DNA from: a virus | Taxonomy: Duplodnaviria; Heunggongvirae; Uroviricota; Caudoviricetes | Virus record (IMG/VR): IMGVR_UViG_2687453424_000001 | Reading direction: 5' to 3' (one strand) | Length of the DNA stretch: 64,000 bases | In this document: in pieces, positions 35,501 to 48,700 of the stretch | How the letters are laid out: every line of letters starts with the position of its first letter | How positions within the stretch are numbered: position 1 is the stretch's first letter | Translations under genes and position numbers: made by a program | The notes under the pieces: generated by a model | Told to the model about the DNA's origin: nothing | Seen by the model: only the letters and a program-made list of their open reading frames with translations | Databases searched by the model: none

Positions 35501-37313
35501 NNNNNNNNNNNNNNNNNNNNNNNNNNNNNNNNNNNNNNNNNNNNNNNNNNNNNNNNNNNNNNNNNNNNNNNNNNNNNNNNNNNNNNNNNNNNNNNNNNNN
35601 NNNNNNNNNNNNNNNNNNNNNNNNNNNNNNNNNNNNNNNNNNNNNNNNNNNNNNNNNNNNNNNNNNNNNNNNNNNNNNNNNNNNNNNNNNNNNNNNNNNN
35701 NNNNNNNNNNNNNNNNNNNNNNNNNNNNNNNNNNNNNNNNNNNNNNNNNNNNNNNNNNNNNNNNNNNNNNNNNNNNNNNNNNNNNNNNNNNNNNNNNNNN
35801 NNNNNNNNNNNNNNNNNNNNNNNNNNNNNNNNNNNNNNNNNNNNNNNNNNNNNNNNNNNNNNNNNNNNNNNNNNNNNNNNNNNNNNNNNNNNNNNNNNNN
35901 NNNNNNNNNNNNNNNNNNNNNNNNNNNNNNNNNNNNNNNNNNNNNNNNNNNNNNNNNNNNNNNNNNNNNNNNNNNNNNNNNNNNNNNNNNNNNNNNNNNN
36001 NNNNNNNNNNNNNNNNNNNNNNNNNNNNNNNNNNNNNNNNNNNNNNNNNNNNNNNNNNNNNNNNNNNNNNNNNNNNNNNNNNNNNNNNNNNNNNNNNNNN
36101 NNNNNNNNNNNNNNNNNNNNNNNNNNNNNNNNNNNNNNNNNNNNNNNNNNNNNNNNNNNNNNNNNNNNNNNNNNNNNNNNNNNNNNNNNNNNNNNNNNNN
36201 NNNNNNNNNNNNNNNNNNNNNNNNNNNNNNNNNNNNNNNNNNNNNNNNNNNNNNNNNNNNNNNNNNNNNNNNNNNNNNNNNNNNNNNNNNNNNNNNNNNN
36301 NNNNNNNNNNNNNNNNNNNNNNNNNNNNNNNNNNNNNNNNNNNNNNNNNNNNNNNNNNNNNNNNNNNNNNNNNNNNNNNNNNNNNNNNNNNNNNNNNNNN
36401 NNNNNNNNNNNNNNNNNNNNNNNNNNNNNNNNNNNNNNNNNNNNNNNNNNNNNNNNNNNNNNNNNNNNNNNNNNNNNNNNNNNNNNNNNNNNNNNNNNNN
36501 NNNNNNNNNNNNNNNNNNNNNNNNNNNNNNNNNNNNNNNNNNNNNNNNNNNNNNNNNNNNNNNNNNNNNNNNNNNNNNNNNNNNNNNNNNNNNNNNNNNN
36601 NNNNNNNNNNNNNNNNNNNNNNNNNNNNNNNNNNNNNNNNNNNNNNNNNNNNNNNNNNNNNNNNNNNNNNNNNNNNNNNNNNNNNNNNNNNNNNNNNNNN
36701 NNNNNNNNNNNNNNNNNNNNNNNNNNNNNNNNNNNNNNNNNNNNNNNNNNNNNNNNNNNNNNNNNNNNNNNNNNNNNNNNNNNNNNNNNNNNNNNNNNNN
36801 NNNNNNNNNNNNNNNNNNNNNNNNNNNNNNNNNNNNNNNNNNNNNNNNNNNNNNNNNNNNNNNNNNNNNNNNNNNNNNNNNNNNNNNNNNNNNNNNNNNN
36901 NNNNNNNNNNNNNNNNNNNNNNNNNNNNNNNNNNNNNNNNNNNNNNNNNNNNNNNNNNNNNNNNNNNNNNNNNNNNNNNNNNNNNNNNNNNNNNNNNNNN
37001 NNNNNNNNNNNNNNNNNNNNNNNNNNNNNNNNNNNNNNNNNNNNNNNNNNNNNNNNNNNNNNNNNNNNNNNNNNNNNNNNNNNNNNNNNNNNNNNNNNNN
37101 NNNNNNNNNNNNNNNNNNNNNNNNNNNNNNNNNNNNNNNNNNNNNNNNNNNNNNNNNNNNNNNNNNNNNNNNNNNNNNNNNNNNNNNNNNNNNNNNNNNN
37201 NNNNNNNNNNNNNNNNNNNNNNNNNNNNNNNNNNNNNNNNNNNNNNNNNNNNNNNNNNNNNNNNNNNNNNNNNNNNNNNNNNNNNNNNNNNNNNNNNNNN
37301 NNNNNNNNNNNNN
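32549..37313. other. assembly gap (N run, 4765 bp)
   Basis: Uninterrupted N. It hides the CPK start codon and proximal promoter. Confidence 1.
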
Positions 37314-37329
37314 TAATTTAATTTAATTT

Positions 37330-37500
37330 TAATTTATTTTTTTTAAAGCGTGGATGTTCTTTGATTCTGTGAACTTTGTCGGCTAATCGAAGAGAGAGAA
37401 ACGGAAACGGGACGGTGGAGTGGGAAAAGAGACGGAGCGCTGAAGGTTGGTGGGGATTGGTTGAGTGTTTTGCGTTATACCGGGGGATTGTGCGCATTTT
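37330..37500 (-). other. candidate non-coding 5' leader exon of the CPK gene (hypothesis)
   Basis: Minus strand reads ctctcttttcccactccaccgtcccgtttccgtttctctctcttcgattagccgacaaag, a pyrimidine-rich block typical of plant 5'-UTRs, directly across the gap from the CPK start and flanked by AT-rich DNA. No splice site is verifiable because of the gap. Confidence 0.25.
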
Positions 37501-38405
37501 AACAAACAACTAGAAAACAGACAGAATGATAGGACTTTGAATTAATTAATTTTATTTTTATTATCAAAACCCCTTTTCTTTAATCATAATATTTTCTATT
37601 CCCAATGTCTAAGTCTCGTTTTTATAATAATAATATACACGCTTAATGTTTTTTAATATAAAAAATTAGGAAAAATAAGAATTTAAATTTTTTTTATAAA
37701 GTATTATTTTAAATAAAGAAAAAGGGAGGAAGAAAGTATAAATTCGATGGACTATTTATTCAATGTGAAATCTCTTTTTACATGATAAATTATTTTTTTA
37801 TTTATAACAAAGTGAGAAAACTTGGATTGTGTTGTTGACTCTTGCAGTCAGACTTATGCCCATTGTTTAAAAATTTTGGGTAATAATTACTATCAAAACT
37901 AGGCGAAGGATAACAAAATTTTGGGTCAAATTTGAAATTCTAAATAATTATTATCAAATTGACATAACCTTTAAAAAATTAAGTAAATCAACAAAAGAAA
38001 TACGAGAGAAAAAAAATACGAATTTAATTCTTTTTTAATATTTTATTTTTAAATTTCGTTACTTTCATAAAAAAGAAATTAGAGAAAGACATGCGTATCT
38101 TTTTTTATTATTTAAATGACCTAAAATCGAATTTACTTATTAAGAGTAATTAAACAAGAATTATGCAGATGTTGGTGGTCAAAATCACAAATGAAATATG
38201 TCAAAGGGAATCATCAAGATTTACAGCACTTTTGGTTCACGGAGTAGATAAAAATGGAATAAAATAGTTATTACGTGGGAATAGAATGAGGTGGGAATAG
38301 AATAGAATAAGTATTATGTAGTTTGGTATGATGAATGGAATAGAGTAGGAATAATTATTATGACTTATTACAGTGTTTGGTTGGTAACAATAACTTTGAA
38401 ATAAG

Positions 38406-39563
38406 NNNNNNNNNNNNNNNNNNNNNNNNNNNNNNNNNNNNNNNNNNNNNNNNNNNNNNNNNNNNNNNNNNNNNNNNNNNNNNNNNNNNNNNNNNNNNNN
38501 NNNNNNNNNNNNNNNNNNNNNNNNNNNNNNNNNNNNNNNNNNNNNNNNNNNNNNNNNNNNNNNNNNNNNNNNNNNNNNNNNNNNNNNNNNNNNNNNNNNN
38601 NNNNNNNNNNNNNNNNNNNNNNNNNNNNNNNNNNNNNNNNNNNNNNNNNNNNNNNNNNNNNNNNNNNNNNNNNNNNNNNNNNNNNNNNNNNNNNNNNNNN
38701 NNNNNNNNNNNNNNNNNNNNNNNNNNNNNNNNNNNNNNNNNNNNNNNNNNNNNNNNNNNNNNNNNNNNNNNNNNNNNNNNNNNNNNNNNNNNNNNNNNNN
38801 NNNNNNNNNNNNNNNNNNNNNNNNNNNNNNNNNNNNNNNNNNNNNNNNNNNNNNNNNNNNNNNNNNNNNNNNNNNNNNNNNNNNNNNNNNNNNNNNNNNN
38901 NNNNNNNNNNNNNNNNNNNNNNNNNNNNNNNNNNNNNNNNNNNNNNNNNNNNNNNNNNNNNNNNNNNNNNNNNNNNNNNNNNNNNNNNNNNNNNNNNNNN
39001 NNNNNNNNNNNNNNNNNNNNNNNNNNNNNNNNNNNNNNNNNNNNNNNNNNNNNNNNNNNNNNNNNNNNNNNNNNNNNNNNNNNNNNNNNNNNNNNNNNNN
39101 NNNNNNNNNNNNNNNNNNNNNNNNNNNNNNNNNNNNNNNNNNNNNNNNNNNNNNNNNNNNNNNNNNNNNNNNNNNNNNNNNNNNNNNNNNNNNNNNNNNN
39201 NNNNNNNNNNNNNNNNNNNNNNNNNNNNNNNNNNNNNNNNNNNNNNNNNNNNNNNNNNNNNNNNNNNNNNNNNNNNNNNNNNNNNNNNNNNNNNNNNNNN
39301 NNNNNNNNNNNNNNNNNNNNNNNNNNNNNNNNNNNNNNNNNNNNNNNNNNNNNNNNNNNNNNNNNNNNNNNNNNNNNNNNNNNNNNNNNNNNNNNNNNNN
39401 NNNNNNNNNNNNNNNNNNNNNNNNNNNNNNNNNNNNNNNNNNNNNNNNNNNNNNNNNNNNNNNNNNNNNNNNNNNNNNNNNNNNNNNNNNNNNNNNNNNN
39501 NNNNNNNNNNNNNNNNNNNNNNNNNNNNNNNNNNNNNNNNNNNNNNNNNNNNNNNNNNNNNNN
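38406..39563. other. assembly gap (N run, 1158 bp)
   Basis: Uninterrupted N. Confidence 1.
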
Positions 39564-39824
39564 TCGGAAAGGTAATCGGTGTAACAAAACGTCGATCTAG
39601 CGCACCATGTGGCCGGATCTGGCCACTATGGCGCCAGATAGGCGCTTCCCCACGGCTGGATCTGGCCGTGGAGTGCCAGATCCAACCGTGGGATTTGATC
39701 GGGAAGTACCAAATCCGGTGCTTCCCGCGACGAGATCTGGCCGTTGAGTGCCAGATCTGGCTGGATCTCGGTTCAATATTGTCGAAAAGGACTAGATCGA
39801 CGTTTTCGGATCATATTCGGTTGC

Positions 39825-39868
39825 TGCCGTCGTCGTCGTCGTCGTCGCCGTTGCCGCCGCCGTCGTCG
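39825..39868. repeat. (CGT)n / (GCC)n trinucleotide microsatellite
   Basis: Direct reading: gccgtcgtcgtcgtcgtcgtcgccgttgccgccgccgtcgtcgg. Confidence 0.85.
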
Positions 39869-41066
39869 GTGTTGAGTTCTAGTTAGAGAGAGAATGAGAG
39901 AGGGAGAAGAGAGAGAAAGAAAAGGGAAAATGGGAAAAAAAGTATTTATAGGTATAGGGTTGTAATATTTTTAGGTTATAAGGGCTATTTTGGTCATTAT
40001 ATATTTGAAAGCTATTCCATGAGCCATGGAATAGCTATTACCGGGGGGGAAGGGAATAGCTAAATATGACTTTTAACCTATTTAACAAAATTTTTATTCC
40101 TGCGGAATTGCTATTTCGTATTTCAATTTGGTACCAAACAAAGGAATAGGAAATGACCGGGAATAGAGGGGGAATAGCATATGACCGGTAATGGGTAGGA
40201 CAATAGGAAAATGTAGAAAGGAAAGAGAACTATACAAGAGGAAAAGATGCCACTTTGTCTCTTTTCATTTGCAGACATTTGATATTGAGAAGGGACCTCT
40301 GTGTCTGTCTCTTTTGTGTTCATTAGTCTTTGTTGTAAGTCCAAAGGTGTGGGTCTCATTTTGACCCTCCATCAACCAGCTTCCCCTCCGGCCTGTTCCT
40401 TTGTTGCTTGCATTTGTGAGCAGAAACCTTGATAATTAAGAAAGAAAATTCATCATTGTTTTTGGAATGGGAAGCTTGTTTTGATTGATGGGTCCTGTTT
40501 GATTTCACAAAGGCCAACTTACTTTTTTGTGCTAGGTTTTTTTTTTTTCTATTTTTTAAAATTTTTCATTATTTCTTTTGTAAATACCGATTATCTTACT
40601 CCGATTTGATAATTTTAAACACGAATCATTTACATGACATAAAATTAAGTGAATTTTTTAATTTAAAATTATCGTATTTCATATCTTAAACGAATTTAGA
40701 CACAATAATTTTCACTTCTTAAATGAGTTAAGCTCGTTTAATTCACATATGACACATTAATATATTTAATTAATTGTATTATCATGTCAATTTATATAAT
40801 ATGACATATTTAACTTGTTTAATGAATTTATCGTATTATAATCATGTCATATAAAATTTAATTTGATTTGTTTAATAACTTATTAATCATGTTACATTAT
40901 GTATCCCATATGCATTATACTTATCCGTATACATGTGTAGAATTTTAATTCATTTAATCAATTATATCTTATTTGTATTTATCCATATAACTATTAAATT
41001 CTACGTAAACATGAAATACTGGATGCATTCTTACTTGCTTCAAATTAAAATAAAAAAAGTTAAATA

Positions 41067-44000
41067 NNNNNNNNNNNNNNNNNNNNNNNNNNNNNNNNNN
41101 NNNNNNNNNNNNNNNNNNNNNNNNNNNNNNNNNNNNNNNNNNNNNNNNNNNNNNNNNNNNNNNNNNNNNNNNNNNNNNNNNNNNNNNNNNNNNNNNNNNN
41201 NNNNNNNNNNNNNNNNNNNNNNNNNNNNNNNNNNNNNNNNNNNNNNNNNNNNNNNNNNNNNNNNNNNNNNNNNNNNNNNNNNNNNNNNNNNNNNNNNNNN
41301 NNNNNNNNNNNNNNNNNNNNNNNNNNNNNNNNNNNNNNNNNNNNNNNNNNNNNNNNNNNNNNNNNNNNNNNNNNNNNNNNNNNNNNNNNNNNNNNNNNNN
41401 NNNNNNNNNNNNNNNNNNNNNNNNNNNNNNNNNNNNNNNNNNNNNNNNNNNNNNNNNNNNNNNNNNNNNNNNNNNNNNNNNNNNNNNNNNNNNNNNNNNN
41501 NNNNNNNNNNNNNNNNNNNNNNNNNNNNNNNNNNNNNNNNNNNNNNNNNNNNNNNNNNNNNNNNNNNNNNNNNNNNNNNNNNNNNNNNNNNNNNNNNNNN
41601 NNNNNNNNNNNNNNNNNNNNNNNNNNNNNNNNNNNNNNNNNNNNNNNNNNNNNNNNNNNNNNNNNNNNNNNNNNNNNNNNNNNNNNNNNNNNNNNNNNNN
41701 NNNNNNNNNNNNNNNNNNNNNNNNNNNNNNNNNNNNNNNNNNNNNNNNNNNNNNNNNNNNNNNNNNNNNNNNNNNNNNNNNNNNNNNNNNNNNNNNNNNN
41801 NNNNNNNNNNNNNNNNNNNNNNNNNNNNNNNNNNNNNNNNNNNNNNNNNNNNNNNNNNNNNNNNNNNNNNNNNNNNNNNNNNNNNNNNNNNNNNNNNNNN
41901 NNNNNNNNNNNNNNNNNNNNNNNNNNNNNNNNNNNNNNNNNNNNNNNNNNNNNNNNNNNNNNNNNNNNNNNNNNNNNNNNNNNNNNNNNNNNNNNNNNNN
42001 NNNNNNNNNNNNNNNNNNNNNNNNNNNNNNNNNNNNNNNNNNNNNNNNNNNNNNNNNNNNNNNNNNNNNNNNNNNNNNNNNNNNNNNNNNNNNNNNNNNN
42101 NNNNNNNNNNNNNNNNNNNNNNNNNNNNNNNNNNNNNNNNNNNNNNNNNNNNNNNNNNNNNNNNNNNNNNNNNNNNNNNNNNNNNNNNNNNNNNNNNNNN
42201 NNNNNNNNNNNNNNNNNNNNNNNNNNNNNNNNNNNNNNNNNNNNNNNNNNNNNNNNNNNNNNNNNNNNNNNNNNNNNNNNNNNNNNNNNNNNNNNNNNNN
42301 NNNNNNNNNNNNNNNNNNNNNNNNNNNNNNNNNNNNNNNNNNNNNNNNNNNNNNNNNNNNNNNNNNNNNNNNNNNNNNNNNNNNNNNNNNNNNNNNNNNN
42401 NNNNNNNNNNNNNNNNNNNNNNNNNNNNNNNNNNNNNNNNNNNNNNNNNNNNNNNNNNNNNNNNNNNNNNNNNNNNNNNNNNNNNNNNNNNNNNNNNNNN
42501 NNNNNNNNNNNNNNNNNNNNNNNNNNNNNNNNNNNNNNNNNNNNNNNNNNNNNNNNNNNNNNNNNNNNNNNNNNNNNNNNNNNNNNNNNNNNNNNNNNNN
42601 NNNNNNNNNNNNNNNNNNNNNNNNNNNNNNNNNNNNNNNNNNNNNNNNNNNNNNNNNNNNNNNNNNNNNNNNNNNNNNNNNNNNNNNNNNNNNNNNNNNN
42701 NNNNNNNNNNNNNNNNNNNNNNNNNNNNNNNNNNNNNNNNNNNNNNNNNNNNNNNNNNNNNNNNNNNNNNNNNNNNNNNNNNNNNNNNNNNNNNNNNNNN
42801 NNNNNNNNNNNNNNNNNNNNNNNNNNNNNNNNNNNNNNNNNNNNNNNNNNNNNNNNNNNNNNNNNNNNNNNNNNNNNNNNNNNNNNNNNNNNNNNNNNNN
42901 NNNNNNNNNNNNNNNNNNNNNNNNNNNNNNNNNNNNNNNNNNNNNNNNNNNNNNNNNNNNNNNNNNNNNNNNNNNNNNNNNNNNNNNNNNNNNNNNNNNN
43001 NNNNNNNNNNNNNNNNNNNNNNNNNNNNNNNNNNNNNNNNNNNNNNNNNNNNNNNNNNNNNNNNNNNNNNNNNNNNNNNNNNNNNNNNNNNNNNNNNNNN
43101 NNNNNNNNNNNNNNNNNNNNNNNNNNNNNNNNNNNNNNNNNNNNNNNNNNNNNNNNNNNNNNNNNNNNNNNNNNNNNNNNNNNNNNNNNNNNNNNNNNNN
43201 NNNNNNNNNNNNNNNNNNNNNNNNNNNNNNNNNNNNNNNNNNNNNNNNNNNNNNNNNNNNNNNNNNNNNNNNNNNNNNNNNNNNNNNNNNNNNNNNNNNN
43301 NNNNNNNNNNNNNNNNNNNNNNNNNNNNNNNNNNNNNNNNNNNNNNNNNNNNNNNNNNNNNNNNNNNNNNNNNNNNNNNNNNNNNNNNNNNNNNNNNNNN
43401 NNNNNNNNNNNNNNNNNNNNNNNNNNNNNNNNNNNNNNNNNNNNNNNNNNNNNNNNNNNNNNNNNNNNNNNNNNNNNNNNNNNNNNNNNNNNNNNNNNNN
43501 NNNNNNNNNNNNNNNNNNNNNNNNNNNNNNNNNNNNNNNNNNNNNNNNNNNNNNNNNNNNNNNNNNNNNNNNNNNNNNNNNNNNNNNNNNNNNNNNNNNN
43601 NNNNNNNNNNNNNNNNNNNNNNNNNNNNNNNNNNNNNNNNNNNNNNNNNNNNNNNNNNNNNNNNNNNNNNNNNNNNNNNNNNNNNNNNNNNNNNNNNNNN
43701 NNNNNNNNNNNNNNNNNNNNNNNNNNNNNNNNNNNNNNNNNNNNNNNNNNNNNNNNNNNNNNNNNNNNNNNNNNNNNNNNNNNNNNNNNNNNNNNNNNNN
43801 NNNNNNNNNNNNNNNNNNNNNNNNNNNNNNNNNNNNNNNNNNNNNNNNNNNNNNNNNNNNNNNNNNNNNNNNNNNNNNNNNNNNNNNNNNNNNNNNNNNN
43901 NNNNNNNNNNNNNNNNNNNNNNNNNNNNNNNNNNNNNNNNNNNNNNNNNNNNNNNNNNNNNNNNNNNNNNNNNNNNNNNNNNNNNNNNNNNNNNNNNNNN

Positions 44001-45703
44001 NNNNNNNNNNNNNNNNNNNNNNNNNNNNNNNNNNNNNNNNNNNNNNNNNNNNNNNNNNNNNNNNNNNNNNNNNNNNNNNNNNNNNNNNNNNNNNNNNNNN
44101 NNNNNNNNNNNNNNNNNNNNNNNNNNNNNNNNNNNNNNNNNNNNNNNNNNNNNNNNNNNNNNNNNNNNNNNNNNNNNNNNNNNNNNNNNNNNNNNNNNNN
44201 NNNNNNNNNNNNNNNNNNNNNNNNNNNNNNNNNNNNNNNNNNNNNNNNNNNNNNNNNNNNNNNNNNNNNNNNNNNNNNNNNNNNNNNNNNNNNNNNNNNN
44301 NNNNNNNNNNNNNNNNNNNNNNNNNNNNNNNNNNNNNNNNNNNNNNNNNNNNNNNNNNNNNNNNNNNNNNNNNNNNNNNNNNNNNNNNNNNNNNNNNNNN
44401 NNNNNNNNNNNNNNNNNNNNNNNNNNNNNNNNNNNNNNNNNNNNNNNNNNNNNNNNNNNNNNNNNNNNNNNNNNNNNNNNNNNNNNNNNNNNNNNNNNNN
44501 NNNNNNNNNNNNNNNNNNNNNNNNNNNNNNNNNNNNNNNNNNNNNNNNNNNNNNNNNNNNNNNNNNNNNNNNNNNNNNNNNNNNNNNNNNNNNNNNNNNN
44601 NNNNNNNNNNNNNNNNNNNNNNNNNNNNNNNNNNNNNNNNNNNNNNNNNNNNNNNNNNNNNNNNNNNNNNNNNNNNNNNNNNNNNNNNNNNNNNNNNNNN
44701 NNNNNNNNNNNNNNNNNNNNNNNNNNNNNNNNNNNNNNNNNNNNNNNNNNNNNNNNNNNNNNNNNNNNNNNNNNNNNNNNNNNNNNNNNNNNNNNNNNNN
44801 NNNNNNNNNNNNNNNNNNNNNNNNNNNNNNNNNNNNNNNNNNNNNNNNNNNNNNNNNNNNNNNNNNNNNNNNNNNNNNNNNNNNNNNNNNNNNNNNNNNN
44901 NNNNNNNNNNNNNNNNNNNNNNNNNNNNNNNNNNNNNNNNNNNNNNNNNNNNNNNNNNNNNNNNNNNNNNNNNNNNNNNNNNNNNNNNNNNNNNNNNNNN
45001 NNNNNNNNNNNNNNNNNNNNNNNNNNNNNNNNNNNNNNNNNNNNNNNNNNNNNNNNNNNNNNNNNNNNNNNNNNNNNNNNNNNNNNNNNNNNNNNNNNNN
45101 NNNNNNNNNNNNNNNNNNNNNNNNNNNNNNNNNNNNNNNNNNNNNNNNNNNNNNNNNNNNNNNNNNNNNNNNNNNNNNNNNNNNNNNNNNNNNNNNNNNN
45201 NNNNNNNNNNNNNNNNNNNNNNNNNNNNNNNNNNNNNNNNNNNNNNNNNNNNNNNNNNNNNNNNNNNNNNNNNNNNNNNNNNNNNNNNNNNNNNNNNNNN
45301 NNNNNNNNNNNNNNNNNNNNNNNNNNNNNNNNNNNNNNNNNNNNNNNNNNNNNNNNNNNNNNNNNNNNNNNNNNNNNNNNNNNNNNNNNNNNNNNNNNNN
45401 NNNNNNNNNNNNNNNNNNNNNNNNNNNNNNNNNNNNNNNNNNNNNNNNNNNNNNNNNNNNNNNNNNNNNNNNNNNNNNNNNNNNNNNNNNNNNNNNNNNN
45501 NNNNNNNNNNNNNNNNNNNNNNNNNNNNNNNNNNNNNNNNNNNNNNNNNNNNNNNNNNNNNNNNNNNNNNNNNNNNNNNNNNNNNNNNNNNNNNNNNNNN
45601 NNNNNNNNNNNNNNNNNNNNNNNNNNNNNNNNNNNNNNNNNNNNNNNNNNNNNNNNNNNNNNNNNNNNNNNNNNNNNNNNNNNNNNNNNNNNNNNNNNNN
45701 NNN
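41067..45703. other. assembly gap (N run, 4637 bp)
   Basis: Uninterrupted N. Confidence 1.
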
Positions 45704-48700
45704 CCTGTTGGGAAAACTTTTAAGGATTATTTATGGGCAATAAAGCAACAGAAACACAACCCTGATCCATATAATACTAGTGGCCCCCCAATAATCACAT
45801 GGCCCAGTTCCATTCTCATTTCTTAACAAAATCAAAGCAAATGCGTGAGCATTTCAACAGCTTCGTCGGTTCGATTTTTAAAATTTTAAAAATTAAATTA
45901 AATGAATTTTTTATGAAAATAATTAAATTCGATTGAATCCATTAATACCCAAATCAAAAACACGATTCAAATTCGATTAATTATTTCGATTTTAATCAAG
46001 TGATACTCATTTTTATAATAGATATGACATTAATTTTCAACCATACTACTCAAACTCGAAGATGCTTCAACTTTCAACGCGTTTCTCTATATATTTTGAA
46101 CAATTTAATTAGAAATTTTATTTATCTTTAATATGTTAAAGTGTAGGATATATGTCTGATATGAGTAGACATAAATAAAACGGTCAAATGAATTAGTCAG
46201 GAATGGAGAACAAAAGGGTCCAGAAGCCATTAACACCCTTTATGAACCTATAGTCAATTGATTTCTCACCTTGCTTATAAAAATACCCTTTGGCCCTACA
46301 CTCTCATTGAATTTGGGAAAAACCTGTAAAAAGTGAGGCAAAGTTGAGTCGTTACTGTGAAGATTGTAGGGGAGGGGAAATTAAATCAAAGAGAAGAACA
46401 AAAGATGGATGTAAGCTCTTATTCTACGTAAGCTAAATTAATCACCAGTCATTAACTGAGTTGATGTTGCTAGCAGCACGAGGTATCGTCACAGTAAAGC
46501 TAAAGACAAATTAATTAAAGGTATTGGAATTTCAATTTACTCTTGTCAACCAAAAAAATGAAGAAGAAACACAATGGTTTTTGGGGTGCTCCCTTTCAGA
46601 TTTGGTGTTGGCATTTTCTGCAACACGTTATCTGAATTTTCGTCTTTAATAGTAGAAAAGGATACAAAAATTCAGCATCTCATCATCTTGGTCTGATTAT
46701 TTTAATAACCCACATTAAAAAATGGTAGAGAAATTAAGGAGAGCAAAGGACAATGGGCAGCATTTAAGGTCAAGAACGACAAAGGGATTTGACTATTTAA
46801 GAGAGTTACAATAAGGTTGAGGGAACCCCCTGTTAAAAGGAAACTCTATAATTGAGATTTTACTTTTACAAAAAAATGGAGAAGTCATTTGTACGAAAGA
46901 TTTCGGTTCTATCGATCTAACAATGAACGAGTTCGTCTCACTTAAAACGTAATTGAAAGACAAATTAAATGATTATTAGAAAAAAATTCTTTAATTAGGA
47001 TTTTTTTAAAAAAATAAAAAAATCACTTCTACGTAAGATTTCGGTTTTTACCAACTTAACAATTGATTTGCCTTTCTTTCCTGTAAATATGTGGCTATTC
47101 TTCTTTTTCCTTGCTTATGCAAGAAAACTTGGTATACTGTTGGAAGGATTATGAAATCCTGGAAACTAGACGTGCAACAGATGCATTGGTGCAATTATGC
47201 TTGTTGAACCAAACTTTTATTGGAATTATGGGAAAAAGACTATTTCAATGTTGAGAATTTGGGATGGCGAATGTTGAAGGGTTGCCAGGTCCACGAGCCA
47301 AGGTCTCTCCTCCATTTCCCAGGCAACTTCCAAGTCTATGACCTTTCCCTGTAGAAGAAGCAAACGAAAAATAAAGCCGATATCAAAATCCTGAGAAGAT
47401 AACATTGCAATGAAATTGCAAGTAAGCTTCTAGCTTGGAGATGAGGATGAAATTTTGGGTTGTTTTAGTTAAAATTGGATTACCATTCACTGCCTTCTAG
47501 AAAGGGTCCAAAAGGACAAAAAAAAGTCCTGATTTTTCCTTTCTTTTCTTATTATTGGGCATGTGCTTGCACATTCCTTAAGACCCATGAGAAATTCAAG
47601 GTGATGGAATTTAGCTACACTCTATTGACCACGTGTTGAGAGTATGAATTTTCTATAAATAGTCAAATTTTTCAATGTGGTTTACATTAGGCTAACATAA
47701 TCTTTAGATATAGACTGATAAATTATTAATTATATGCTAGTGGATATTTAATTAATGTGTAACACATTTAATAATCAAACACTCCTCTCAAAAATAAAAT
47801 TCAAATTTTCGTAATATAACATATTTTCAACAATTATATTTCATTAAATTTAGAATCTATTTCGTTTAAAGTTATCTTGTTTAATTTTAATTTAATATAT
47901 TTTTCTTTATGTCGTTACCCATTTATCAAGTTCATTGTATTTATTTATTTTTATTGTTGATAATGAAGTTGTTCTTGTTTTCAATTTTTTTTATGAAATT
48001 ATTATTTTACTTTTGCATATAATATAATTGAAAAATGTGGCTTACCTACATGATTTACATGGGGAAAACATAAATCTACCTTTAAGGTTGTTGAAAATGG
48101 ACTATGCAAATCTCCATGTGCCATAAGTTTGATATGTTCTCACCATGTCGATGGAAGAGAATATATAATTAAACAAAAGGAAAATGGCTTCCTTCTAATA
48201 GTTCTGTTATAGGAAAGAACAAAGGAAAGTTTCTTTGCTCAACCTTTTTCCTTTTCTACTTGGCATGAATGGCCTCCATTTAATTTGGATTTCCATTTTC
48301 CACTAAGATGTTAGGTGTAACAACGATTTCGATTTCCTTTTTAAAATTTGGTCTACATGCTTTTGATGTCGACTAAAAATCAATAGAGCCATGGAATTCC
48401 ATAAAATCCAATTTCCTGATATAGTTTATCTTAAATTATACTCTCTTTTTTTTATTATTTGATTTTTAATAAATTAATTAGTTTTACATTCAAAATTAAT
48501 CATAAAGGCTCCAAACACAACTGGTATTAGATTATTTCATGTTCATATGCGTAGATAAACGTAGCAAGGGATGCTTCGATCGCTCTGCATGCTGCTCTGT
48601 TTCATTACCGTTTTATGATAATTTTTTTTTAATAAAATTAAGAAATGAAATCAATTCTTATGCAAGAAGAGAAAAAAAAAAAAAGAAGGAAAAGACAGTT

